A stretch of 64,000 nucleotides of DNA, from NCBI GenBank assembly GCA_019309545.1, contig JAFDGA010000023.1, positions 1,320 to 65,319 on the forward strand, in the 5' to 3' direction. A program made the position numbers and the translations under genes. Shown here in pieces: positions 36,007-46,217 of the stretch. Below the pieces are notes generated by a model that made no database searches, was not told where the DNA came from, and saw only the letters and a list, made by a program, of their open reading frames with translations. The stretch's first letter is position 1. Each line of letters begins with the position of its first letter. This DNA comes from Deltaproteobacteria bacterium. GTDB lineage: Bacteria; Desulfobacterota; Desulfobaccia; Desulfobaccales; Desulfobaccaceae.

Positions 36007-36339
36007 ATGCGGCAATACTTATTAGATGAGATCAGCAAGGCCGATATTCCGCGCATTAAAAGCTATCTCAACGAACATGCCATACCGGCCCGATTGGAGG
36101 GCATCTGGTGGGTAGACCTGCAGGACGACCTGCTCAACGAGATGCAATATGCCCATCGGGAATACCAACCGTTTTGTTTTGCCATTGAATTAGGGGATAA
36201 ATTTATCAAGTTCGAATTTCTTATCCGCAGTCGGATGTACATGCGTTGCCCCTGTACCGGCTATGCCAACCGCCAGCAGCGGGATTTTATCATGAGGTTT
36301 GCCGATCGCCTGGTAGAAGAACTGGCCCTGCGAACTTGA
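36007..36339 (+). CDS. hypothetical protein
   Basis: 110-aa ORF starting immediately after the stop of the protease gene (TAAATG). No motif recognised. Confidence 0.45.
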   Translation: MRQYLLDEISKADIPRIKSYLNEHAIPARLEGIWWVDLQDDLLNEMQYAHREYQPFCFAIELGDKFIKFEFLIRSRMYMRCPCTGYANRQQRDFIMRFADRLVEELALRT

Positions 36340-36457
36340 CAACCACTTTTCCGGTATTAAGATTTTAATTATAAAAAGGTGTCCTCCTGGGGCTAGTAGA
36401 AAGGCTCGTGTTTATTAAGGCTACCCTGACAAATAGGTTTATGATGAGGAGGATGAT

Positions 36458-36940
36458 ATGCCAGCAAAAATTCTGATCGGTTTGGACGCCTCTGATAATG
36501 CCCGGCGGGCAGTGGCTTATGTGGGCAAAGCCTTTGGCCAGAATCCAGAGGCCCAGGCAACTCTGTTCCATGTCCTGCCCGGTTTACCCCCCAAGTTTCT
36601 GGAGGAGGGCCGCATCTTAACCCCGGAGGAAAAACAAGCCCGGAACCAGATGATCGCCAATTGGGAGAAGGAACAAGAAAAGGCCTGGGAAGAAGTCTTT
36701 AACGAAGCCAAAAAGACCTTAATCAACCATGGCTTCAAGCCGGAGGCGATTCAAATCAAATCCGTCCCCCAACACCTGGATGTGGCCCAGGAGATTTTGG
36801 ATGAAGCCGAAGCCGGAGGCTATACCACGGTAGTCCTGGGCCGACGCGGCCTGTCGCCGATCAAAAGGCTGCTCTTGGGCAGCGTATCCCGCAAGGTGAT
36901 GGAGTACGGCGGAAAATTTTCGGTAATTGTCGTAGATTGA
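36458..36940 (+). CDS. universal stress protein (UspA family)
   Basis: 160 aa. Same length as 31785-32267 and alignable with it end to end (MPAK(I/L)LI.LD.S......AV.YV...FGQ.P ... GRRGL....K.LLGSVS.KV). Confidence 0.8.
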   Translation: MPAKILIGLDASDNARRAVAYVGKAFGQNPEAQATLFHVLPGLPPKFLEEGRILTPEEKQARNQMIANWEKEQEKAWEEVFNEAKKTLINHGFKPEAIQIKSVPQHLDVAQEILDEAEAGGYTTVVLGRRGLSPIKRLLLGSVSRKVMEYGGKFSVIVVD

Positions 36941-37111
36941 GCTTTCTGGGACTGAGGCCCGGTGGCACTTAAGAACCTTATGAGATTGGGGGCAGGCCAT
37001 TGTCCCTGCCCTTAGAAAAACTTGATAACCCCCCTAGTGGACGGGCCCGGAGATCCGTATCCAGGCAAGTTGGTCTGCAGCCAGCGAATTTCTAACCAAG
37101 TGTGTCTGGGT

Positions 37112-37828
37112 TTAACGGTCTTTTAAAAGTTCAGAGACCGTCAGGCAACGAAAGCCTCGTCTCTGAATATGCGGCAGTAAAATGCGCAGGGCCTCCACGG
37201 TGGGCTGACGGTTGGCATTGTCGTATTCATTATTGTCGTGAAAGATTACGATAGCTCCATTTTTTAGATCATTAAGCACCCGGTTAACGATGGTTGCGGC
37301 GGGGTAGCCCTGCCAGTCACCGGAATCGACACTCCACAAGATAATCTTGCGCCCCGTGCTTTCCACATAGGCAATTACCTTCTGGGATAACTCACTATAT
37401 GGCGGACGGAACAGCCCATTTAATCCAACCCCGAGGCGGGTCAGCAAATATTTGGTCTTTTCCACTTCCCATGCCAAAGTAGTCTGGTTTACTTGGACCA
37501 GATGCGGGTGGCTATAGGTATGGTTGCCGATTTCGTGTCCTTCCGCTACCAGGGCCTGGACCAATTGGGGGTAGCGCTGAGCATGGCGGCCCAGCAGGAA
37601 AAAGGTGGTGTGAATCTTATGTTTCGCCAGTAAAGCGAGAATCTGGGGAGTGAACCGGGCTGAAGGCCCGTCATCAAAGGTGAGTGCAATAACCGGGCGC
37701 GACTCATCACCATGCTGGTAAATAATTCCCGGCAAGGGGAAAAAGTACTCGGTTAGAGGCGACCCCAACCATAACAGGAGCACGAGACCCACAAGAAGCC
37801 AGAATCGACGAGTAGGGTTAAAAATCAA
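37112..37828 (-). CDS. polysaccharide deacetylase (NodB-homology domain) family protein
   Basis: 238 aa. N-terminal TM anchor; NodB motifs ALTFDDGP and HTYSHP. Confidence 0.8.
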   Translation of the reverse strand: MIFNPTRRFWLLVGLVLLLWLGSPLTEYFFPLPGIIYQHGDESRPVIALTFDDGPSARFTPQILALLAKHKIHTTFFLLGRHAQRYPQLVQALVAEGHEIGNHTYSHPHLVQVNQTTLAWEVEKTKYLLTRLGVGLNGLFRPPYSELSQKVIAYVESTGRKIILWSVDSGDWQGYPAATIVNRVLNDLKNGAIVIFHDNNEYDNANRQPTVEALRILLPHIQRRGFRCLTVSELLKDR

Positions 37829-37913
37829 GGTTTTTCCGGAAATTCTACGTATCAGGCAGCCCCCACTTAGATTGATTCTGCTCTTCCGTAGCGGTTACGG
37901 CGAGGAAGGATTT

Positions 37914-39674
37914 TCAATACTTTTCTATTTCTCGACGAAACACTGCCTTATTATAGGCAGCCACCACATCCTTTTCATTTACTGTGCCGATTACCTTCCG
38001 GGGATGGTCGTCTGCCACCACGGGGAGTTGAGCAATCTGCCGGCTGCCCATTTTCTCTAAGGCCACTTGGAGGTTATCCGAAGGCCGGATGGTAATGACG
38101 TCGGGGGTAGCCACGTCTTTCGCAATAATTAGACCTTGCAGGCTTTCTTCCTGGAGCAGCGGGCGGATATCGCGGAAGGAGATAATCCCCGTCAATTCCC
38201 CGTTTTCATTGATTACATGCAGATAGGAAACATCGCGGGCTTTGAGATTATTAAGGATATCTCTCAGTGGCATGCTTTCCGGAATGCTTACTACCTGCTT
38301 TCTCATGACGTCTCGTACCTGGATGGTTTGCAGGATACCCTGTTCCCAGCCGCGCGAAATGTCAATCCCCCGGCGCAATAGCTTGATGGTATAGATAGAA
38401 CCGCGCTTCAGGGAAGTAGTAATAATAGTACTGAGAATACAGGAAATCATCAAGGGCAGGATGATTTTATAAGTGGCAGTGAGCTCGAAGATAATCAGTA
38501 TGGCGGTAATAGGGGCGTGGGTAGTTCCGGCCACCACGGCACCCATGCCCACCAGGGCGTAGGCACCGGAACTGGCGGTAAGTGCCGGGAAAAGCTCATG
38601 CAGGCCCCAGCCGAGAAAGCCGCCGGTCATGGCTCCGATAAACAAGGAAGGCGCAAATATCCCTCCCGAGCCGCCGCTGCCAATAGTAATTGAGGTGGCC
38701 AGGATTTTGATAAAGACCAAAGTAAGGAGCAACAGGGCGGGCAACTGATTTTTGAGTGACAGGTTGATCGACCCGTAGCCTACCCCGAATACATGGGGCC
38801 ATTTTACGAGCAGGCAGCCAAGCAGGAGACCACCCAAGGCCGGCTTGAGATACTCCGGAATCTTTAATTCCTCAAAAAGATCTTCACACTTATACAGGAG
38901 GATAATAAATAACAGGGCAATCAGGCCAGCCACGATGCCTAACAAAGTATAGAACAGGAATTCCCACAGGGAGATCAACTTGTAAGCAGGGATGATAAAG
39001 GCTGGAAAATCGCCCAGATAGTAGCGGGAGATGGCGGTGGCGGTTACCGAGGAAAGAACCACCGGGGAAAAGGTGGCCAAGCCAAAATCCCCCAAGAGGA
39101 CCTCTACGGCAAACAGGACGCCGGCAATCGGCGCATTGAAGGTGGCCGCAATCCCGGCCGCGGCGCCACAGCCCACCAGGGTCCGTTGTCGCAGGTGGGG
39201 GACCTTCAGTATCTGGGCCAGAGTGGAGCCAATGGCGGAGCCGATCTGGACAATAGGACCTTCCCGACCCACAGAACCACCAGAACCGATGCAAATCCCG
39301 GAGGCCAGGATTTTGACCAGAGAAACCCGCGGTCGGATGACACCCCCTCTGAGTGCCACCGCTTCCATGACTTCCGGCACCCCGTGGCCTTTGGCTTCAC
39401 GAGCCCCAAAGTAAACAATGGGACCTACCAGGAGACCGCCCAGGGCGGGAAGGCCGATTTTGAGATAAACCGGCAGGCGGTGAGCAAAGGTCAAGATGTC
39501 CTGCGTGTTCTGATAAAAGCAGTATTGCGCCACTTTAATGGCCAAGCGAAACAGGAGTGCCCCGTAACCGGCGAAAATTCCAATGAGAATAGCCAGAAGC
39601 GAGAGATAAACATGGGGGTGGGGACGCCATCGGCTCAGAGCTTGGGTAATTTTCTGATAGGCTGCGGTCGCCAT
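37914..39674 (-). CDS. ClC-family chloride channel/antiporter with C-terminal CBS pair
   Basis: 586 aa. ClC signature blocks GHGVPE, GREGPIVQIG and GGIFAPSLFIG, with two CBS repeats at the C-terminus. Confidence 0.85.
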   Translation of the reverse strand: MATAAYQKITQALSRWRPHPHVYLSLLAILIGIFAGYGALLFRLAIKVAQYCFYQNTQDILTFAHRLPVYLKIGLPALGGLLVGPIVYFGAREAKGHGVPEVMEAVALRGGVIRPRVSLVKILASGICIGSGGSVGREGPIVQIGSAIGSTLAQILKVPHLRQRTLVGCGAAAGIAATFNAPIAGVLFAVEVLLGDFGLATFSPVVLSSVTATAISRYYLGDFPAFIIPAYKLISLWEFLFYTLLGIVAGLIALLFIILLYKCEDLFEELKIPEYLKPALGGLLLGCLLVKWPHVFGVGYGSINLSLKNQLPALLLLTLVFIKILATSITIGSGGSGGIFAPSLFIGAMTGGFLGWGLHELFPALTASSGAYALVGMGAVVAGTTHAPITAILIIFELTATYKIILPLMISCILSTIITTSLKRGSIYTIKLLRRGIDISRGWEQGILQTIQVRDVMRKQVVSIPESMPLRDILNNLKARDVSYLHVINENGELTGIISFRDIRPLLQEESLQGLIIAKDVATPDVITIRPSDNLQVALEKMGSRQIAQLPVVADDHPRKVIGTVNEKDVVAAYNKAVFRREIEKY

Positions 39675-39901
39675 TATTTAGTAGAGATTAGCCCCTAGGC
39701 TGACTGTTACCAGCTGATTTTTTTCCACCCAGAACGCCGGACTATGGAGAACCTTAGGAAAAGCCAGGGTTGGCTATGAATATAGCACCTCCTGGCCTGG
39801 TTCAAAACCCTGGTCGGTTATTCTTCTTATCAATTCTGGCTCCCAGGGGCTTTCGGGGTCATGGGCGGGATAGGGCTCAATTCCCATAAGCAGCTATTAA
39901 A

Positions 39902-41686
39902 TCAGATCTCAATCTTACGGTAATAATAGCTGATAATATCCCGTTTGGATAACATGGTAATAATATGATCGGGATTTTCTTCTTTAACTACTGGAAGTTC
40001 ATCCACGTTCAGCTCAGTCAATTTCATCATGGCCTGGTTCAGAGTCTCATTCCAGAAGACCCGGATCACATTGGGATTGGCTACGTCTTTGGCGACGATC
40101 AGATTGGAAACGGACTCCTCAAACAGGATTTCCCGAATATCGTTGATCGACAGAATGCCAGTCATCTTCTTCTGATCATCCACCACAGGAAAATAATGAT
40201 CAGGAGAGATGGTTACTATTCGGACCAGTTGCTCGAATGGCATGGACTCGGGAATCAGTTCCACCGGACGATGATTGATAGCCTGATAGACATACAGGCG
40301 ATCCAGCAGGCCGGAGGCGAAACGCCGAAAATGGGTTGGGGAAGACAAGCGGGTAGGGAGTTGTTTTTCATAAAGATTGGTGTGCCACAGGCAAAGAAAA
40401 GTGATAGTGGAGACCAGCATTAAGGGCACTAACAGGGTGTAACTACTGGTCATCTCAGACAACATGATGATAGCCGAAATGGGAACCTTGGCCACTCCAG
40501 CATAAAATCCGCCCATGCCGATCAGCAGATAAGAGGCTGGATGGATTACCCATTGCGGAGCCAATTGGTGACCCAATGTCCCAAAAGCCCCGCCCAACAT
40601 CGCCCCCATGAACAAAGAAGGCCCAAAGACGCCGCCGCTGCCGCCGGAGCTGAGGGTGAAAGAGGTAACGATAATTTTCAGGATGGCCAGAATAAGCATG
40701 GTATGCCAGAGAAAATGGCCCTCCAAAGCCCACTGAATCCAGCCATAGCCGCCGGCCATAATCTGTGGAAAGAAGAAGGCCACGCAACCCACCAGAAAAC
40801 CTCCTAACGCGGGCTTGAGAAGGTCGGGAATGGGAAGTTTGGCAAAAAAGTAATCCCGCATCCCATAAAAAAACCGGACGTAAAAAAAACCGATTAGGGC
40901 ACAAACCAACCCAAATATGGTGCAGGGTACCAACTCGATCGGTAAAGAGATCTCCGCAGATTGGGGAAAAACTACCGGCCCATGGATATAGAAGCTGGTA
41001 AAAATGCAATAAGCAATGATGGAAGAGGTAAGGCAGGGCAGAATGGCCTCAAACTCGAATTCGGTCTCGGCATAGAGGACTTCCGCCGCAAATAGCGCCG
41101 CGCCCAGGGGGGCCCGAAAAATTGCTCCCAGTCCGCCGGCCGCGCCCGCCAACATCAAGATTCGTCGTTCCCGGGGTCTTAGTTTAAAAACCGTGGCGAT
41201 AAAGTAGCCAAACCCAGAACCGATTTGGGAAATAGGGCCTTCCTTGCCAGCGGAACCACCGCTACCGATGGTTATGGCGGATGAGAGAATTTTTATAAAC
41301 GGTACCCGGGTGCGGGTTACTCCGCCTCGATAATGGTAGGCTTCCAGCATGGCATCGGTGCCGTCACCTTTGGTTTCGGGAGCAATCAGAAAAACCAGCA
41401 GACCCGAAATCAGTCCCCCCAGCGTTGGAACCACTAAGAATAGCCAATGCCCCCAAGGGAGAGATGAACTACCTGGGGGTAGTCCGAAGGGCAATGGTGT
41501 CGGTTCAATGTAGTTGGTGGGCAGTTCGATGGAATAATGCAGAATCAGATGCAACAGCCAATCAAAGACAATGGCCCCCACGCCGGCCACCACCCCGATG
41601 GCGGCACTGAACAGCGGCCAACGTAACCGGCGTTGCCATTCAGGGATTTTCTGGATTTTCCTCCAAAACGCTTTAAATTTTCCCAA
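39902..41686 (-). CDS. ClC-family chloride channel/antiporter with C-terminal CBS pair (paralogue)
   Basis: 594 aa. Blocks GKEGPISQIG and GGVFGPSLFMG, with a CBS pair at the C-terminus. The first selectivity-filter block diverges (GDGTDA). Confidence 0.85.
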   Translation of the reverse strand: MGKFKAFWRKIQKIPEWQRRLRWPLFSAAIGVVAGVGAIVFDWLLHLILHYSIELPTNYIEPTPLPFGLPPGSSSLPWGHWLFLVVPTLGGLISGLLVFLIAPETKGDGTDAMLEAYHYRGGVTRTRVPFIKILSSAITIGSGGSAGKEGPISQIGSGFGYFIATVFKLRPRERRILMLAGAAGGLGAIFRAPLGAALFAAEVLYAETEFEFEAILPCLTSSIIAYCIFTSFYIHGPVVFPQSAEISLPIELVPCTIFGLVCALIGFFYVRFFYGMRDYFFAKLPIPDLLKPALGGFLVGCVAFFFPQIMAGGYGWIQWALEGHFLWHTMLILAILKIIVTSFTLSSGGSGGVFGPSLFMGAMLGGAFGTLGHQLAPQWVIHPASYLLIGMGGFYAGVAKVPISAIIMLSEMTSSYTLLVPLMLVSTITFLCLWHTNLYEKQLPTRLSSPTHFRRFASGLLDRLYVYQAINHRPVELIPESMPFEQLVRIVTISPDHYFPVVDDQKKMTGILSINDIREILFEESVSNLIVAKDVANPNVIRVFWNETLNQAMMKLTELNVDELPVVKEENPDHIITMLSKRDIISYYYRKIEI

Positions 41687-41850
41687 ATTAGCCTTTGCTC
41701 CGTTATTCCAGCCATCTACCGCTCACCTTCAAATCTTATCGGAATTTTCCGAAAAGAACAAGTAATTAGGGGGAGGTCTCGCCTAGGCGAAAGGAGACTA
41801 GTCACGATTAGTAGCTTTGTGGTCAGAGGAACCCAGGTAGCGGTCCGGGC

Positions 41851-43518
41851 TTAATCGAGAGCGAAAGTATATTTTTGTTCAGCTTTAGGCACGTACCACT
41901 TGATGAAATTGTAATCAATCCCGGCCGGCGCCGGTTTAATCCCCCGGAAGCGGCGGTGTACCACTGGCAAGGCGTCGGGTACGAACAGGAAAGTATAAGG
42001 CTGGTCCCGGGCCAGTATTTCCTGGAATTCAAAGTAATATTGCCGCCGTTGCTGGCGGTTGAAGGTATGACGGCCTTTCTCCAGCAGAACGTCAACCTGG
42101 GGGTTCTGATAATGGATAAAATTCAACTCCCCGGGTCGGATTTTAGAAGAATGCCAGATATCAAAAACATCCGGATCCTGGCCGGTGGTCCAGCCCAGCA
42201 GCACGGCCTCGAAGCGGCGCTTGTTGATAAATTCCTTAAGAAAAGCCGCCCACTCCACGGTACGGATGTTAACCCGGATACCGATTTCTTTCAGTCGCCG
42301 CTGAATGATCTCGGCGGTGTGGGCCCGGATAGTGTTACCCTGGTTGGTAAGAATGGTGAACTCAAAAGGTTGCCCGTCTTTTTCCAGCCATCCCTGAACG
42401 TTGGGCTGCCAGCCCGCCGCCGCCAGCAGGGCCTTGGCCTTCTCGGGATCGTAAGGAAATTTGGGCACGTCGGGATTATAAAACCAGGTGCCGGGTTTGT
42501 AGGGGCCGGTGGCCACCTGACCCAGCCCCATCAGCACGCCATCGATAATTTCTTGTTTATTGATGGCGTGGGTTAAGGCCTGCCGCACCCGCCGATCAGC
42601 AAAACGGGGGTCAGTGAGGTTGTAACCCAAATAGGTATAAGAAAAGGATAAGTATCGATATTTGTTGTACATTTCTTTAAAACGGCGATATTCGGTCTGG
42701 CGGCTGTACTGTAGCGGGGTCAGGCCCATGCGGTCGATATTACCGGCTTTTAGTTGCAGAAACATGGCAGCCGGATCCGGGATGATCATATAAATATAGC
42801 CATTCAGATAGGGGCGTCCTTCAAAATAGCGGGGATTATGAGCGAGGATAATCCGATCGCCGGTTCGCCATTTCTTGAAAATATACGGCCCGGTGCCGAT
42901 CGGGTGGCGGCTCAGGGGTGATTGGGTGATGTCTTTACCTTCCAGGAGATGCCGGGGTAAGATGGCCAATCCCCAACTGCTCAGGGCCGGGGCAAAGGGC
43001 CGGGGATAAGTTACCCGGAAAGTGAGGTCATCCAGAACCTCAGCCCTTTTGACCTGTTTATAATCCCCAGAGTAGGCCGTGGGAGTCTGGGGATCGACCA
43101 TTACCCGGTAGGTGAATAACACGTCGGACGCGGTAAATGGATGCCCGTCGTGCCATTTCACCCCGGGGCGCAACTTAAAAGTGATGGTCAGGCCGTCCGG
43201 GGAAATCTCCCAGCTTTCGGCGAGATCCCCGACCAGATTCAACTCGCCGTCATATTTTACCAGGCCATTATAGACCAGACCACAAATGCCGTGGGAAGCC
43301 GAATCAGACGCCAAGGGCGGGATGAGATTGCTGGCGTCGCCGATGGAGCCATCGATAAGTATGTCACCGTAGGCCGGGCCGGTATCTGGTCCGCCATAAC
43401 GCTGGGGTTCCTCACCCGGCGGTTGGCAGGCCACCAAAAGCAGTCCCAAGAAAAATATTATCCCTAAGCTGTTGATTTTTAAGAACTGGATAATCCTCCC
43501 CTTGCATTGCATGCCCAT
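41851..43518 (-). CDS. ABC transporter substrate-binding protein, family 5 (peptide/nickel type), lipoprotein
   Basis: 555 aa. Lipobox LLLVAC and typical SBP_bac_5 layout. No permease or ATPase genes are adjacent. Confidence 0.8.
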   Translation of the reverse strand: MGMQCKGRIIQFLKINSLGIIFFLGLLLVACQPPGEEPQRYGGPDTGPAYGDILIDGSIGDASNLIPPLASDSASHGICGLVYNGLVKYDGELNLVGDLAESWEISPDGLTITFKLRPGVKWHDGHPFTASDVLFTYRVMVDPQTPTAYSGDYKQVKRAEVLDDLTFRVTYPRPFAPALSSWGLAILPRHLLEGKDITQSPLSRHPIGTGPYIFKKWRTGDRIILAHNPRYFEGRPYLNGYIYMIIPDPAAMFLQLKAGNIDRMGLTPLQYSRQTEYRRFKEMYNKYRYLSFSYTYLGYNLTDPRFADRRVRQALTHAINKQEIIDGVLMGLGQVATGPYKPGTWFYNPDVPKFPYDPEKAKALLAAAGWQPNVQGWLEKDGQPFEFTILTNQGNTIRAHTAEIIQRRLKEIGIRVNIRTVEWAAFLKEFINKRRFEAVLLGWTTGQDPDVFDIWHSSKIRPGELNFIHYQNPQVDVLLEKGRHTFNRQQRRQYYFEFQEILARDQPYTFLFVPDALPVVHRRFRGIKPAPAGIDYNFIKWYVPKAEQKYTFALD

Positions 43519-43579
43519 TCATGTACCATATACTGGTTTAGAAGACAAGGGCGAGGCGGGCCGGCGGATTAAATTTCCC

Positions 43580-43608
43580 TTGCCAATTCCGGATAGTTTG
43601 GATAAATT
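43580..43608 (+). promoter_or_regulatory. sigma70-type promoter of tRNA-Pro
   Basis: TTGCCA-N17-TAAATT, ending 8 nt before the mature tRNA 5' end. Confidence 0.55.
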
Positions 43609-43616
43609 TAACCTGT

Positions 43617-43693
43617 CGGGACGTGGCTCAGCCTGGTAGAGCACAGCGTTCGGGACGCTGGGGTCGCTGGTTCAAATCCAGTCGTCCCGACCA
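43617..43693 (+). tRNA. tRNA-Pro (anticodon CGG)
   Basis: Manual cloverleaf: acceptor CGGGACG/CGTCCCG, D-stem GCTC/GAGC, anticodon stem CAGCG/CGCTG with loop TTCGGGA, T-loop TTCAAAT, encoded CCA. Confidence 0.9.
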
Positions 43694-43768
43694 TTTCTCA
43701 TAATTCAGCAGTTCCTGCCTGTTCTATCTTTAACACTATCGACCACAATTTCTGGACTTGGAAAACGA

Positions 43769-44494
43769 CTATCTCGGGGCACGGGGTTTGCGCCCATAAA
43801 ACAGGTAGGCCACGCCCCCGGTCAGGGGTTGGCTTTGGACCTGTTCAAAATCGGCCCGCTGAAGCTCGCGACCGAATTCCGAAGCGGTCGGAAAAGCACC
43901 TATCGATTCCACCAGGTAACGGTAGGCAAACCCCAAGGGTGACAGCAGGCGGCCCAACAGGGGTAAAATGTGGTGCAAATACCAACGATAGAGAACCAGG
44001 AAATAACCGGTTTGGGGCGGCACGAACTCCAGGATGGCAATTTGACCCCCTGGTTGCAAAATACGCTTGATCTCGGTCAAAGCGGCAGCGCGGTCCAAGA
44101 GGTTGCGGATGCCGAAGGCCATAGTCACCGCGTTAAACTGTTCGTCCCGGAAGGGCAGGGCGTAAGCGTCGGCGGCAATCAGGGCGATAGAGACCGGGCT
44201 AGGGGAAGCGGCTAATTTGGCCTGGCCCTGGCGCAGCATTGCCAGGCTGAAATCTAGCGCCACGATCTTACCTAGCGGGAAATTGCGGCTCAGTTCCAGG
44301 GCAACGTCCAGGGTCCCGGCCGCCAGATCCAGCACCCACGGAGATGGCGGTAGATTCAGACCCCGGACCAGGGCCCGCCGCCACCCGACATCCCGGCGCA
44401 GACTGAGGATCCGGTTGAGCCGATCATACCAGGGGACGATCCCGGAAAACATCCGTTCAATGTGCTTCCCCCAATCGCTCCTCGGTTCTGACAT
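43769..44494 (-). CDS. ubiE: demethylmenaquinone/ubiquinone methyltransferase (UbiE/MenG family)
   Basis: Start set at ATG 44494. MFSGIVPWYDRLNRILSLRRDVGWRR and VLDLAAGT blocks are typical of UbiE/MenG. Confidence 0.8.
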   Translation of the reverse strand: MSEPRSDWGKHIERMFSGIVPWYDRLNRILSLRRDVGWRRALVRGLNLPPSPWVLDLAAGTLDVALELSRNFPLGKIVALDFSLAMLRQGQAKLAASPSPVSIALIAADAYALPFRDEQFNAVTMAFGIRNLLDRAAALTEIKRILQPGGQIAILEFVPPQTGYFLVLYRWYLHHILPLLGRLLSPLGFAYRYLVESIGAFPTASEFGRELQRADFEQVQSQPLTGGVAYLFYGRKPRAPR

Positions 44495-44726
44495 CACTAT
44501 CCCCCTGAACAGGACCAGCCTTATTGTGGCCTGTGGACCGACGTCTGTCAACCACGTTACCCAACCATTACCTTGTTCAACTTTGAAGAGACAAAATCCG
44601 CTGGGAGTGCAAATTTATGATTGTAAAATATGCATTAATTTTGTTTAATGGAAAAAATATTATTAAATCATCATTGACAGGCTAAGAGCAATACGGTTAC
44701 ACTACCAAAAAGAAAGGAGGCGAGAC

Positions 44727-44954
44727 ATGCGTAAAATTCTGGCTTTATTGATGGCAGCGCTATATCTATCCGTTTTACCCTTAACTATCGGATGCCAGCA
44801 GAAGCCGGCCGAGAAACCCAAGGCTGAGAAGCCGGCCGCGGAACCCAAGGCTGAAAAGCCGGCCGCGGTAGAACCGGCCAAACCGACCGCTCCGGAACCG
44901 GCTCAGCCGGCAGAGGAGAAGCCGGCCGAGGAACAGCCCAAAACCGAAAAGTAA
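44727..44954 (+). CDS. small low-complexity lipoprotein (Pro/Ala/Glu/Lys repeats)
   Basis: AGGAGG RBS and signal peptide with lipobox LTIGC. The mature part is (A/E)(E/K)PKAEKPAA-type repeats, encoded by a 27-nt tandem duplication. Confidence 0.5.
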   Translation: MRKILALLMAALYLSVLPLTIGCQQKPAEKPKAEKPAAEPKAEKPAAVEPAKPTAPEPAQPAEEKPAEEQPKTEK

Positions 44955-45163
44955 AATTAGGGAAAATCTTCAAGGCGTAGTGTTGCTCAAGGGGCCCGGT
45001 CCGGGCAGTGGTTCCGGAGACGGGCCTCAATTCTTTTCCGTTCCTCTCTACCATCCCTCGATTTCGCCGGGCTGACCAGGATATTAAAGCTTTTTTCGGT
45101 TGACGTGGAGGGTTATTTGCTGCTAATTAATGAAAAAAAGAACAAGGAAAGGAGAATTCCCCC

Positions 45164-46057
45164 ATGACTGCCAAGCTGATAAAAGGTGCTGAGGTGGCAG
45201 CACAGATCCGCGAGGAATTAAAAAAAGAAGTAGAAGAGTTGAAATCCAAACATAATGTCACCCCGGGTCTGGTGACCATTCTGGTCGGGGAGGACCCGGC
45301 CTCGGTCAGTTATGTTACCGCCAAACAGAAAACCTCCCATGAACTGGGCTTTTACTCTATCCAGGACAATCAGCCCCCTGATATTACCGAAGAACAACTA
45401 CTGGCCCTGATCGACAAATATAACAAGGATCCGAAGATTCACGGGATTTTAGTTCAGCTGCCCTTACCCAAACATATCGACTCCAATAAGGTGCTCTATG
45501 CAATCGACCCCGACAAAGACGTCGATGCCTTCCATCCGGTCAATGTGGGGCGTTTGTGCATCGGTACCGGCATCTTTCTGCCCTGCACCCCGGCAGGCTG
45601 CAAAGAGCTGATCAATCGGGGTTACGGCGATCCTAAAGGCAAAGAACTGGTAGTGGTCGGCCGCTCCAATATCGTCGGCAAACCCATGGTTAACATCATG
45701 TTGCAGAAAGCCCCCGGGGCTAATGCCACTGTAACCGTAGTACATACCGGCACGCCCCCAGAGAAAATCATCGAGCACTGCCGCCGGGCCGATATCCTGG
45801 TGGTGGCCGCCGGCGTCCCCAAGTATGTCAAAGGCGACTGGGTCAAGGAAGGAGCCTGTGTCATCGACGTCGGCGTCAACCGCATCGGCGTCACCGAATC
45901 CGGCAAGGCTAAACTCTGCGGCGATGTCGATTTTGACGAAGTCAAGGAAAAGGCTAGTTGTATCACCCCAGTGCCCGGTGGCGTCGGCCCCATGACCATC
46001 ACCATGCTGATGAGCAACACTGTAATGGCGGCCAAACATGCGGCGGGGATAGTTTAA
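45164..46057 (+). CDS. folD: bifunctional methylenetetrahydrofolate dehydrogenase / methenyltetrahydrofolate cyclohydrolase
   Basis: 297 aa. Canonical FolD blocks (GLVTILVGEDPASVSYV, GILVQLPLP, VVVGRSNIVGKP, TPVPGGVGPMT). Confidence 0.95.
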   Translation: MTAKLIKGAEVAAQIREELKKEVEELKSKHNVTPGLVTILVGEDPASVSYVTAKQKTSHELGFYSIQDNQPPDITEEQLLALIDKYNKDPKIHGILVQLPLPKHIDSNKVLYAIDPDKDVDAFHPVNVGRLCIGTGIFLPCTPAGCKELINRGYGDPKGKELVVVGRSNIVGKPMVNIMLQKAPGANATVTVVHTGTPPEKIIEHCRRADILVVAAGVPKYVKGDWVKEGACVIDVGVNRIGVTESGKAKLCGDVDFDEVKEKASCITPVPGGVGPMTITMLMSNTVMAAKHAAGIV

Positions 46058-46083
46058 GGTTTAACCAGAGCAAAGACTATTCA

Positions 46084-46117
46084 CGGGGGCAAGCCAGCAG
46101 TTGCTTGCCCCCGTTTT
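46084..46117 (+). terminator. intrinsic terminator after folD
   Basis: CGGGGGCAAGC-cagcagtt-GCTTGCCCCCG (11-bp perfect stem) followed by TTTT. Confidence 0.8.
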
Positions 46118-46217
46118 GGTTAGAGGTTAGCTGCCTAAATCAGCCAAGGATTTTCCGAGGTGTTGATTTTTGACCCCCCCAACAGCCAGCGCAACTTTAA
46201 GGCTTAACCTCCAGGCT

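Noticed and set aside
39675-41850. Fluoride (crcB-motif) riboswitches upstream of the two ClC genes
   Set aside because: I scanned both upstream regions on the mRNA strand for the conserved GGnGAnGG...AACCGCC...GATGA core and found nothing resembling it.
43617-43693. Integrated element or prophage at tRNA-Pro or tRNA-fMet
   Set aside because: No integrase, excisionase, phage genes or direct repeat of the tRNA 3' end is seen within the window. Only the compositional oddity downstream of tRNA-fMet is reported.
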